Of a DNA stretch of 64,000 nucleotides, positions 17,304 to 24,882 are shown one piece after another. The stretch covers positions 71,380 through 135,379 of the forward strand of contig ONCO01000001.1 of the NCBI GenBank assembly GCA_900316365.1, written 5' to 3'. The first letter of the stretch is position 1. Each line of letters begins with the position of its first letter. Under the pieces are notes generated by a model. The model ran no database searches and was not told where the DNA came from. It saw only the letters and a program-made list of their open reading frames with translations. Source of the stretch: an uncultured Erysipelotrichaceae bacterium (GTDB lineage: Bacteria > Bacillota_I > Bacilli_A > RFN20 > CAG-826). The translations under genes were made by a program, and so were the position numbers.

Positions 17304-18566
17304 ATGGATGTAAAAACCGCTTTTAACTCCGCTATTTGTCTCATCGCTATCCCGATTCTTTTGATTCATATAGTCAACTTGCTTATCAAGAAGGGCAAGC
17401 GACGGGATGAGATGTTCCTTTTGCTTTTCTTCGTCTTCACCGCGGTGCATTTCGCGGTCTATCTCATCTTCAATCTTCTGAAGCACACCTTCGTTAGCAA
17501 TGTGCCGGCCCTCGCTTTCTATTCGTGCTTCTATATGATGAATAACACGGAGTCGTTTCTTTTCTTCGCTTTTGCTATCGTCTTTTTTTCGCGCAAAGAC
17601 AAAGTGTCGGAAGCCATCGGCGCCGCCAACTTCGCTTTCTATCTCGTCTACATTGCTTTGGACATAATCAACATCTTCCACCCGATTTTCTTCTATGTGG
17701 AGAATGCGACATACACCAGACTCCCGACCATGCCGCTTTCCCAGATCTATGAATTCGTCACTTTGGCCGGTGTCTTCGTGCTGACTATCATCAACAAGAA
17801 GATCAACCGCACCGAGAAGATCGCCTTTATTATCTATTGCTTCATCCCGGCCGTCGCGGTCATCGTCCAGGACTTCGTCCCCGGCTATGCCATCGGCTAT
17901 CTTTCGATCGTCATCGCCATTGAGATCCTCGTCCTTTTCGTCAACGTCCAAAAGAACGCCGACTTGGCCAATGAGGCCAAACGCAACAAAGAGGCGGAGA
18001 TCAAGATCATGATGTCGCAGATCCAGCCGCATTTCATCTATAACACCCTCTCCTCGATTTCGACCCTTATTCCAATCGATCAGGCCAAAGCCCAAAACGC
18101 CCTTGATGAATTCACTGAATACTTAAGGGCCAACCTGTCGGCTCTCTCCGATACCGGCCTTATTCCTTTCAATGAGGAACTTAAGCACATCAAAACATAT
18201 CTCTCCTTGGAGAAGCTTCGCTTCAACGAGAGGCTCAACGTCGTCTTTGACATCAAGACGGATGATTTCCTCATTCCGCCCCTTAGCATCCAGCCGCTTG
18301 TTGAGAATGCCGTCAAACACGGCATCCTCAAAAACCTCGAGGGCGGTACGGTAACGATTAGGACGTATGAGAATCGGGATGCCTTCATCATTGAAGTCAT
18401 CGATGACGGAGTCGGTTTCGATGTCAGCAAATACACAAGCGGAGGCTCCAAGCACATCGGCCTCCAAAACGTCAAAAGCCGCATCGTCTCGATGGTTAGG
18501 GGCGATATGGAGGTCGAAAGCGAGATTGGAAAAGGCACCAAGATAACGGTGGCCATATATAAATAG
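17304..18566 (+). CDS. Sensor histidine kinase, LytS/YehU type (multi-TM sensor, His_kinase and HATPase_c domains)
   Basis: About 6 N-terminal TM helices, then SQIQPHFIYNTLSSI (H-box of the PF06580 type), ENAVKHG (N-box) and DDGVGF (G1). Confidence 0.85.
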   Translation: MDVKTAFNSAICLIAIPILLIHIVNLLIKKGKRRDEMFLLLFFVFTAVHFAVYLIFNLLKHTFVSNVPALAFYSCFYMMNNTESFLFFAFAIVFFSRKDKVSEAIGAANFAFYLVYIALDIINIFHPIFFYVENATYTRLPTMPLSQIYEFVTLAGVFVLTIINKKINRTEKIAFIIYCFIPAVAVIVQDFVPGYAIGYLSIVIAIEILVLFVNVQKNADLANEAKRNKEAEIKIMMSQIQPHFIYNTLSSISTLIPIDQAKAQNALDEFTEYLRANLSALSDTGLIPFNEELKHIKTYLSLEKLRFNERLNVVFDIKTDDFLIPPLSIQPLVENAVKHGILKNLEGGTVTIRTYENRDAFIIEVIDDGVGFDVSKYTSGGSKHIGLQNVKSRIVSMVRGDMEVESEIGKGTKITVAIYK

Positions 18567-18570
18567 GAAA

Positions 18571-19335
18571 ATGGGAATCAAGGTATTATTGGTCGATGAC
18601 GAACAACTGCAGCTCACGCGACTCGAATCGGTCGTGAAAAAGGTTTTGCCTGAGGCGGAGATCTTTTCTTACGTCAATCCGGTCAAGGCTTTGGAGGAGA
18701 GTAAGGATAAGGGCATCGATATCGCCTTCCTCGACATCGAAATGCCGAAGATCACCGGCATCAAATTAGCTAAGTCCCTTAAAGCCGTTAACCCGACCAT
18801 CAACATTATCTTCGCCACGGCTTATGATTCGTTCGCCCTCGAAGCGATGAAGATGCATGCCTCTGGCTACGTCTCCAAACCGGTCAATGAGGAGAAGATC
18901 AGGAAAGAGATCGATGGGCTTAGGTTTCCGATCGAGCTCAAAGAGAAAAAGAAAGTGCAGGTTAAATGCTTCGGCAATTTCGACGTCTTCCATGAAGGCG
19001 CTCCGCTTAGATTTTCGTATTCCAAATCCAAAGAGGTCTTCGCATATCTAATCGATAGGGAAGGCGTCGGCATCAACATCAATGAGCTCAACGCCGTCTT
19101 ATGGGAAGAAGACCATAAGTCCTACCTCAGGAACCTTATCGTCGACATACAGAGGACCTTAAAATCCGTCGGGGCGGAGGACGTTTTCGTCAAGAGGCAC
19201 AACGAATGCTTCATTGACACTTCCAAAGTCGACTGCGACGCCTATGAGTATAAGGCCAATAACCCCGATGCCATCAGGATGTACCGTGGCGAATACATGA
19301 TCCAATACCCGTGGGCGATCTTCGACGCTGAATGA
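18571..19335 (+). CDS. Response regulator: REC domain plus an OmpR/SARP-like winged-helix output domain
   Basis: KVLLVDDE...FLDIEMP (phospho-Asp) ...ATAY...GYVSKP. The C-terminus (VKCFGNFDVFHEGAPLRF...EVFAYLI...NELNAVLWEED...YLRNLIVDIQRTL) resembles a SARP/Trans_reg_C wHTH, not a LytTR domain. Confidence 0.85.
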   Translation: MGIKVLLVDDEQLQLTRLESVVKKVLPEAEIFSYVNPVKALEESKDKGIDIAFLDIEMPKITGIKLAKSLKAVNPTINIIFATAYDSFALEAMKMHASGYVSKPVNEEKIRKEIDGLRFPIELKEKKKVQVKCFGNFDVFHEGAPLRFSYSKSKEVFAYLIDREGVGININELNAVLWEEDHKSYLRNLIVDIQRTLKSVGAEDVFVKRHNECFIDTSKVDCDAYEYKANNPDAIRMYRGEYMIQYPWAIFDAE

Positions 19336-19401
19336 TTTAATCCATCAAATTTTTCAATGTGTTGCACGTTTGTGGCACTCTGCGTTGTACCTTATAGATA
19401 T

Positions 19402-19513
19402 CCCGAAGGAAGTTAGCCGATTAAGGGAACCCTCGGGGATAGTCGCTAGGCGAACTAAGTCCCGTGGTTTGTTTCTCCTTCCCTAATCCTAACTTCCTGG
19501 GGGAAGTGAGGTG
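19402..19513 (+). promoter_or_regulatory. Structured 5' leader with mutually exclusive helices; candidate translational switch
   Basis: GGAAGTTAG (19408-16) plus GATTAAGGGAA (19419-29) pairs with TTCCCTAATC-CTAACTTCC (19479-97), enclosing the hairpin 19435-19463. Alternatively CCTAACTTCC (19488-97) pairs with GGAAGTGAGG (19502-11), which contains the SD. Confidence 0.4.
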
Positions 19514-19520
19514 TTCCATT

Positions 19521-19676
19521 ATGCAAGAACTACCAGTTTGGTTGGACGAAGCCCAATACGGGGCGTTAAAGCGTTATGCCGAGGAACAGGGCGTTTGCAT
19601 GGAGAAAGCCCTTAAGGATGCCTTCTTTAATGCCGTGGGCGATTCTTACGATCATGATCTAAGCGGAAAGCTTTGA
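19521..19676 (+). CDS. 51-aa protein with a ribbon-helix-helix-like pattern
   Basis: The ATG at 19521 sits 7 nt downstream of GAGGTG. The sequence reads as strand (LPVWLDE), helix (AQYGALKRYAEEQG), helix (MEKALKDAFFNAV). The track's start at 19464 lies inside the structured leader. Confidence 0.5.
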   Translation: MQELPVWLDEAQYGALKRYAEEQGVCMEKALKDAFFNAVGDSYDHDLSGKL

Positions 19677-19728
19677 TAGTTCCATAGACTTGGCGACAAT
19701 GGCATTTGATGCCCCTTTGCACACCGCC

Positions 19729-19770
19729 AAAAAAAAGAAAACCCCGACAACCTCGGGGTTAATTTGTTTT
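19729..19770. terminator. Bidirectional terminator (serves the small + gene and the minus-strand tRNA pair)
   Basis: AACCCCGA-CAACC-TCGGGGTT, flanked by an A-run on the 5' side and AATTTGTTTT on the 3' side. Confidence 0.7.
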
Positions 19771-19771
19771 A

Positions 19772-19845
19772 TGGAGCAGGTGACGGGAATCGGACCCGCG
19801 TGACCAGCTTGGAAGGCTGGAGTTCTACCATTGAACTACACCTGC
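19772..19845 (-). tRNA. tRNA-Gly (anticodon UCC), CCA encoded
   Basis: The reverse complement is GCAGGTGTAGTTCAATGGTAGAACTCCAGCCTTCCAAGCTGGTCACGCGGGTCCGATTCCCGTCACCTGCTCCA. It folds as a cloverleaf with a 7-bp acceptor stem, a GTTC..GATTC T-arm, and the anticodon loop CT-TCC-AA. Confidence 0.95.
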
Positions 19846-19854
19846 AGTTCAAGC

Positions 19855-19931
19855 TGGCGGACCATACGAGATTCGAACTCGTGATCTTCTCCGTGACAGG
19901 GAGACATGTTAGGCCGCTACACCAATGGTCC
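19855..19931 (-). tRNA. tRNA-Asp (anticodon GUC), CCA encoded
   Basis: The reverse complement is GGACCATTGGTGTAGCGGCCTAACATGTCTCCCTGTCACGGAGAAGATCACGAGTTCGAATCTCGTATGGTCCGCCA. The anticodon loop is CT-GTC-AC, the discriminator is G, and the T-arm is GAGTTCGAATCTC. Confidence 0.95.
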
Positions 19932-19943
19932 GTAGCGGGGATT

Positions 19944-19971
19944 AATATATCACACTTATTGCCTTCGTCAA
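19944..19971 (-). promoter_or_regulatory. Sigma-70-type promoter for the tRNA-Asp/tRNA-Gly unit
   Basis: Minus strand TTGACG-N16-TATATT, with the -10 box ending 12 nt upstream of the tRNA-Asp 5' end. Confidence 0.5.
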
Positions 19972-20054
19972 AAGAAAATATCGCCTTTCTGGGCAAAAGT
20001 GTTTTCAAAAGATGGATAGGTGTTATCTTAAAGGCGAAGAAAGGAAGTAAATAT

Positions 20055-20582
20055 ATGGATAACGAAGCATACAAAGTAATCATGAATAGGCATAGTTGCC
20101 GTAAGTTTTTAGATAAGGAAGTTCCCGACGAACTCATCGATAAAGTCGTGGCTGCCGGCTTGGCCGCCCCAACCGGAAGAAACTCCCAGCAAACCTATTT
20201 CCTCGCCGTCAAAGACCCAGAGGTTATAGAAGAGATTCGCAAGCTTAACGCCGCGATCATGGGCGCGACCTCCATCGACCCATTCTATGGTGCGAAAGCT
20301 CTCATCGTCGTACTTCACGCGAAGGATTGCGCCTTAGGCACCTATGATGGCTCCATCGCCATGGCCCAGATGATGATCGCCGCGGAATCCCTTGGCCTAG
20401 GTTCTACCTGGATCCATCGCGCGAAGGAAGTCTTTGCTCTCCCAGAAGGCAAAGCCATCCTCTATAAGGCCGGTTTCCCGCGCGCTGAATATGTCGGCGT
20501 CGGCAACCTCATCCTTGGCTACCCTGATGAAGGTGGCAAGAATGAGCATTCAATCAACCCAGGACGCGTCTTCAAGCTCTAA
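20055..20582 (+). CDS. Nitroreductase-family oxidoreductase
   Basis: MNRHSCRKF...AAPTGRNSQ is the nitroreductase N-terminal signature. RBS is AAGGAAG. The track ORF (from 19764) runs through both tRNA genes, so I trimmed it to ATG 20055. Confidence 0.85.
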   Translation: MDNEAYKVIMNRHSCRKFLDKEVPDELIDKVVAAGLAAPTGRNSQQTYFLAVKDPEVIEEIRKLNAAIMGATSIDPFYGAKALIVVLHAKDCALGTYDGSIAMAQMMIAAESLGLGSTWIHRAKEVFALPEGKAILYKAGFPRAEYVGVGNLILGYPDEGGKNEHSINPGRVFKL

Positions 20583-20591
20583 TGACGAAAG

Positions 20592-20629
20592 AAAAATCGC
20601 GAGGTAATCTCTCGCGATTTTCTTTTTGT
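20592..20629. terminator. Bidirectional terminator between nitroreductase and trxA
   Basis: AAATCGCGAG-GTAATCT-CTCGCGATTT, with an A-rich 5' flank and a TTCTTTTTGTTT 3' flank. Confidence 0.7.
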
Positions 20630-20635
20630 TTAAGC

Positions 20636-20941
20636 TTATTCGACTTCGGCGAAGTTCTTGAGGGCTGGCTCAGGGATGAAGCCGACGTTCTTTCTCACGC
20701 TGACGCCATCTTTGAATAAAAGAAGGGTCGGGATGCTGTAGATGTCGAACTTGGCGGCGACGCCTGGATTCTCATCGGTGTCGACGGACAAGACTTTAAT
20801 ATCATCTCTTTCGCCCAAACGTTCGACGGATGGCTTTAACATCTGGCATGGGCCACACCAGGTGGCGTTGAAGTCGACGAGGACTTTGCCGGACTTGATT
20901 TCCTCTTCGAACTGGGCTTCGCTTTTGATTTCAATAAACAT
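20636..20941 (-). CDS. trxA: Thioredoxin
   Basis: 101 aa, with the WCGPC active site. Confidence 0.92.
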   Translation of the reverse strand: MFIEIKSEAQFEEEIKSGKVLVDFNATWCGPCQMLKPSVERLGERDDIKVLSVDTDENPGVAAKFDIYSIPTLLLFKDGVSVRKNVGFIPEPALKNFAEVE

Positions 20942-20958
20942 ATTAGGTTACCTCCTAA

Positions 20959-21879
20959 TCACAATCCGAATATTAAGGCAAAAACAGCAAATATGAAAAC
21001 CATATGCACTGGGAAATATAGATAGTTGAAAATGCGGAACCATTTGGAGTCGTAGCCCCTCTCTCCGTTATAGAAATAAAGGAAGGGGAGAACGATCAAA
21101 CAGTAGGACTCATAGGACATGGAATAGATATCTAATGGGCGGAAGCCGGTATCTGGATTCATGCCGATGAAGGAGATACCCCAGAAGACGAGGACCGTGA
21201 CCATAAGGGTGAGCATCATCAGGATGTTAACGCTTCTGCGGTAGATGGTGCTTTCGCGGTATTCCTCAAGGCTCATGCCAATCGCTTCGGCGTCCTTCTT
21301 GCCGAACATTAAGGCCACTTTGTACGAATAATAGAAGCCAATGGCGAGGAACAAACCAAAGATGTTATAGTCGGCCCTAATGAATTTCGGGAACCAGACA
21401 ACATCGATTAAGCCTTTGTTGGAGACCTCAAAGAGATTGACGCCTAAGGAGATGCCGAGATAGGCGATAGGAAGTAACGCCAATAGGGCATAGAGTTTCT
21501 TCTTTCCTGGCTCTTCTAGGTTCTTCAGGAACATAAGGACTAGGCCGCATAAGACCAAGTCGATGAATGGGTTTCCGGCGATGCCTTCCATCTGCAGGCC
21601 GTATATAAAGATCGATTCTGCGACGATCATGACGCCAAGGACAATGGAAAGCCTTCCCACATATCTTTTCGCGTTATGGGTATGGAGCATACCTTCCGCG
21701 AGCATGAAGATGAATAAAGGGAAAGCCAGTCGACCAAAGGCCCTTAGGGCTAAGCCTAAAGGATTGGCGGCGCCTAAATAGGTCAACACGAAAATGCCGA
21801 TATGGTCCGAGGTCATCGAAAGCAAAGCGACGATACGGATGACGAACTGGGATAATGGCAGCTTCTTTTCGTTTTCCAT
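20959..21879 (-). CDS. TraX-family membrane protein
   Basis: The N-terminal IRIVALLSMTSDHIG matches the TraX family signature from memory. The protein is polytopic. Confidence 0.55.
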   Translation of the reverse strand: MENEKKLPLSQFVIRIVALLSMTSDHIGIFVLTYLGAANPLGLALRAFGRLAFPLFIFMLAEGMLHTHNAKRYVGRLSIVLGVMIVAESIFIYGLQMEGIAGNPFIDLVLCGLVLMFLKNLEEPGKKKLYALLALLPIAYLGISLGVNLFEVSNKGLIDVVWFPKFIRADYNIFGLFLAIGFYYSYKVALMFGKKDAEAIGMSLEEYRESTIYRRSVNILMMLTLMVTVLVFWGISFIGMNPDTGFRPLDIYSMSYESYCLIVLPFLYFYNGERGYDSKWFRIFNYLYFPVHMVFIFAVFALIFGL

Positions 21880-21882
21880 TGT

Positions 21883-22788
21883 TTAAGAGTTGCTGGCTTG
21901 CATGGCGGAGATGGACAAGGCGACGAGGTTATTGACGACGTGCGCGGTGGCGCTGCAGGCGAAACCGCCCTTTTCGTAATAATAGCTGAAGAGGATGCCG
22001 GCGACGATGTAGTCGGGGAGGTTGCAAAGCTCGTTGACCAAGGTGTCACCACCGATGGTGAGGGATTCCCAATTGAAGTGGATTAAACCAAAGACAATTG
22101 GGGTGATGATGTAAGCTGCGGTGCGGTTCCATCTCTTGGTGAAAGAATATAAACCGACGCGGTAGGTGATCTCTTCGCAAATAGGGCCGATGAGACCGAA
22201 GATGATAAGGGCGAAAACCATATAGTTTTTCGACATAAGAACGAGACCGCTTTGGTTTTCGTTAGCGGTGGTATCTGGTCTAATGATCTTGACGATCATG
22301 CCGATGACGATGCTCGCGGCCAGGACGCCAAGTCCGCCGAGGGCGCCATAACCGACGTTCTTAAGTTTGGTGAAGGATTTGCCTAGTTCCTTGATGCCGC
22401 TCCAAAGGATGAGCAATAAGCAGGCAAGGACAAGGATATAGGCCACGCCGTTGATGAAGAGGCCGATGCCAGGGTTGGCTTTATAATGCTCGACCCATGC
22501 CGCGCTTAGCGCCTCAGTGTCCGCTCCTGGGTTGGCGGCCATATAATTCCTGACGAAGTCAACCTGGACGAAATAGCTGATGAGGAAGCCAAGGATCTGG
22601 AAACCGGCTAAACCCATTAAGAAAAGGAAAAGATTACGTAATGGGGAGCCGGTCTGAAGGTCATTTTGGAAGATATCGCGACCGCCTAAATCCTCGTTCT
22701 CTTTGCCGCATTTTGGGCAATTAAAACGGGTGCTGTCATAGTTTGCTCCGCAATCGGAACAATGTTTTTTGTGGAAGAAAGTATTCAT
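21883..22788 (-). CDS. CPBP (CAAX/Abi) intramembrane glutamic protease with an N-terminal zinc ribbon
   Basis: CSDCG...CPKCG zinc ribbon. CPBP motifs are EEITYR (EExxxR), FGLIHF and HVVNN. Confidence 0.8.
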   Translation of the reverse strand: MNTFFHKKHCSDCGANYDSTRFNCPKCGKENEDLGGRDIFQNDLQTGSPLRNLFLFLMGLAGFQILGFLISYFVQVDFVRNYMAANPGADTEALSAAWVEHYKANPGIGLFINGVAYILVLACLLLILWSGIKELGKSFTKLKNVGYGALGGLGVLAASIVIGMIVKIIRPDTTANENQSGLVLMSKNYMVFALIIFGLIGPICEEITYRVGLYSFTKRWNRTAAYIITPIVFGLIHFNWESLTIGGDTLVNELCNLPDYIVAGILFSYYYEKGGFACSATAHVVNNLVALSISAMQASNS

Positions 22789-22864
22789 AGCCGCCTAACT
22801 ATATCACTTCGTGGCTAGTTTCGATATGACTTTCGCGGACGCTTACGCAAACGCGCGCTTTATT

Positions 22865-22873
22865 TGCTATAAT
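22865..22873 (+). promoter_or_regulatory. Extended -10 promoter (TGcTATAAT) 6 nt upstream of the ATG (leaderless-type start)
   Basis: ttTGcTATAATcctcgcATG, with no SD. Confidence 0.5.
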
Positions 22874-22879
22874 CCTCGC

Positions 22880-23476
22880 ATGAAAACCCCGCGCGAGGAA
22901 AACGTAAAAGAGATTGACGTGATGGCCTCGCGTTTTGTTTCCTATCTCATCCCATTCACCAATCCGGATGACTTCGAGGAGCAATACGCGAGAGTGAAGA
23001 AGCTTTCTCCTAAGGCCGATCACTATCCTTACGCCTATATCGTCGGCGACATCCAGAAGTCCGGCGACGATGGCGAGCCAGGCGGGGCGGCAGGCCGTAA
23101 CTACCTCCACATGATGGAGGAGAAGGGGATCGATAGGGCGCTTATTGTCACCGCGAGATATTTCGGCGGCACAAAGCTGGGTCTACCAAGGCTCAGGAGA
23201 ACCTTCCTTGAGGCGGCCGCTTTAGCAATCGACACGGGAAAGTACTTCGAAATTACGATGAGGAAGCTATTCAAGGTAGAGCTCTCCTATCGCGAGTATG
23301 AGATCCTTAAGCATTACGCCCCGAAAGACGGAATCAGGTTTGAGAAAACGCTTTTCGGAGAAAAAGTCGAAGCAACTTTATCGGGGAATGATACAATTCC
23401 CTCGTTCTTGAAGAAACTCGCTATCTTAGGGGAATGTTCTCCCTTAGGAGAAGCCGAAACGTTGGAGGAGATTTAA
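22880..23476 (+). CDS. yigZ: YigZ/IMPACT-family protein (UPF0029)
   Basis: EIDVMASRFV..., DDGEPGGAAG and ARYFGGTKLG motifs. The start at ATG 22880 gives an N-terminal length like E. coli YigZ. The track's GTG at 22811 lies upstream of the promoter. Confidence 0.8.
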   Translation: MKTPREENVKEIDVMASRFVSYLIPFTNPDDFEEQYARVKKLSPKADHYPYAYIVGDIQKSGDDGEPGGAAGRNYLHMMEEKGIDRALIVTARYFGGTKLGLPRLRRTFLEAAALAIDTGKYFEITMRKLFKVELSYREYEILKHYAPKDGIRFEKTLFGEKVEATLSGNDTIPSFLKKLAILGECSPLGEAETLEEI

Positions 23477-23479
23477 AAC

Positions 23480-24748
23480 ATGATACCTGCAGTGGAATAT
23501 AGCAAACGCCGCGACAGATTATTCGCGAACATGCCGAACAACTCGGCCTTATTAGTTTTCGCCGGCAAAGCCAAAAGCGCATCCGCCGATGAAACCTACC
23601 CATTCGAAGTTAACCGTAACTTCTATTACCTCACCGGCATCGACCAGGAAGGAAGCTCACTTCTTTTGATCAACGCCGACGGAGAAAAGAAGGAATACTT
23701 ATTCGTCGACCCATATAACCCAGTCAAAGAGAAGTGGTATGGCAAGAAGCTCACCCCAGAGGAAGCCAAGGATTTAAGCGACGTCAGCAACGTTCTCTTA
23801 ACCAGCGCCTTAACCGCCAAACTCGACTCTGTCCTCAATGAGAAACTCGCCGAATTCGGTTCCATCAACACCCTCTTCTTAGACCTCGAGAAAGAACTCA
23901 AGATCGAAGAGGATACCTTTACCACCGACTACGCCGAGAGCGTCAAAGCGGTCTATCCAAACGTCACCGTCGAAGACTGCTACAAGATGATCGTCCGTCT
24001 CCGTATGGTCAAATCCCCACTCGAGATTGAGGAATTCAGGAAAGCCATCCAGATCACCGCGATGGGCATCCGCGCCGTTATGTGTGCGCAAAGAGAAGGC
24101 GTCAAAGAGTATGAGCTCGCCGATTTATTCCTCCACACCGTCAACGATGAATCCGCTTATCAGGGCTTAGCCTTCCCGACCATCATGGCGAGCGGCATCC
24201 ATACGACCGTCCTCCATTATCCAACCCCGCTTGATACCTTGAAGAAGGGCGATATGCTCCAGTTGGATTTAGGCGCTAGGAACGGCTACTACTGCGCGGA
24301 CGTTTCCCGTGCTTTTCCGGTCGACCGCAAATTCAGCGATATCCAGAAGACCGTCTATGAGATCGTCTTAGGCTGCAACAAGGTCATCGCCAACTACGCC
24401 AAGCCAGGCGTCACCCTTGCCGACTTACAGTCCGTCACCGTTGAATATCTTGCTTCCGAATGCCTTGCCAAAGGCATCATCTCTAAGAAGGAGGATATCA
24501 AGGATATCTACTTCCACAGCGTCTCCCATCACATCGGTCTTGATACCCATGACCCATGCGAAGGCAAGACCTTCCCGCTTGAAGAAGGCAACGTCATCTC
24601 TGATGAGCCGGGCTTATACATCGCCGAACTTGGCTTCGGCGTCCGTATTGAGGATGACCTCTTGATCACCAAGAACGGGGCCGAAGTCCTCACCGCCGAC
24701 ATCATCAAAGAAGTCAGCGACATCGAGCAATTCTACAAAGGCAACTAA
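23480..24748 (+). CDS. pepP: Xaa-Pro aminopeptidase (M24B)
   Basis: Creatinase-like N-terminal domain plus the M24 metal ligands (DLGARNGYYCADVSR, HHIGLDTHD, GVRIEDD). Confidence 0.85.
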   Translation: MIPAVEYSKRRDRLFANMPNNSALLVFAGKAKSASADETYPFEVNRNFYYLTGIDQEGSSLLLINADGEKKEYLFVDPYNPVKEKWYGKKLTPEEAKDLSDVSNVLLTSALTAKLDSVLNEKLAEFGSINTLFLDLEKELKIEEDTFTTDYAESVKAVYPNVTVEDCYKMIVRLRMVKSPLEIEEFRKAIQITAMGIRAVMCAQREGVKEYELADLFLHTVNDESAYQGLAFPTIMASGIHTTVLHYPTPLDTLKKGDMLQLDLGARNGYYCADVSRAFPVDRKFSDIQKTVYEIVLGCNKVIANYAKPGVTLADLQSVTVEYLASECLAKGIISKKEDIKDIYFHSVSHHIGLDTHDPCEGKTFPLEEGNVISDEPGLYIAELGFGVRIEDDLLITKNGAEVLTADIIKEVSDIEQFYKGN

Positions 24749-24814
24749 AGGAAGTAAGGATCGATGGAAATCGGTCCTTTTTCTTTCGCCCCTAGAGTTA
24801 TATGTAAATAAAAT

Positions 24815-24841
24815 AAAAAGAGACGAAGTCTCTTTATTTTT
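24815..24841. terminator. Hairpin terminator
   Basis: AAGAGAC-GAA-GTCTCTT flanked by A- and T-runs. Confidence 0.6.
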
Positions 24842-24870
24842 AAGGCTATTTTCAAACGCAAAACGCCCTC

Positions 24871-24876
24871 TATAAT
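24871..24876 (+). promoter_or_regulatory. TATAAT -10 box 6 nt upstream of the addB ATG (leaderless-type start)
   Basis: ctcTATAATgaaagtATG. Confidence 0.5.
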
Positions 24877-24882
24877 GAAAGT

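Noticed and set aside
19764-20054. N-terminal 97 aa of the track ORF 19764-20582, and the antisense ORF 19769-20137.
   Set aside because: This stretch is occupied by tRNA-Gly and tRNA-Asp on the minus strand plus their promoter. The nitroreductase homology, and an AAGGAAG RBS, begin at ATG 20055.
22799-23110. 103-aa minus-strand ORF across the yigZ promoter and 5' end.
   Set aside because: It is antisense to a motif-supported gene and runs through the CPBP/yigZ divergent promoter. It has no RBS.
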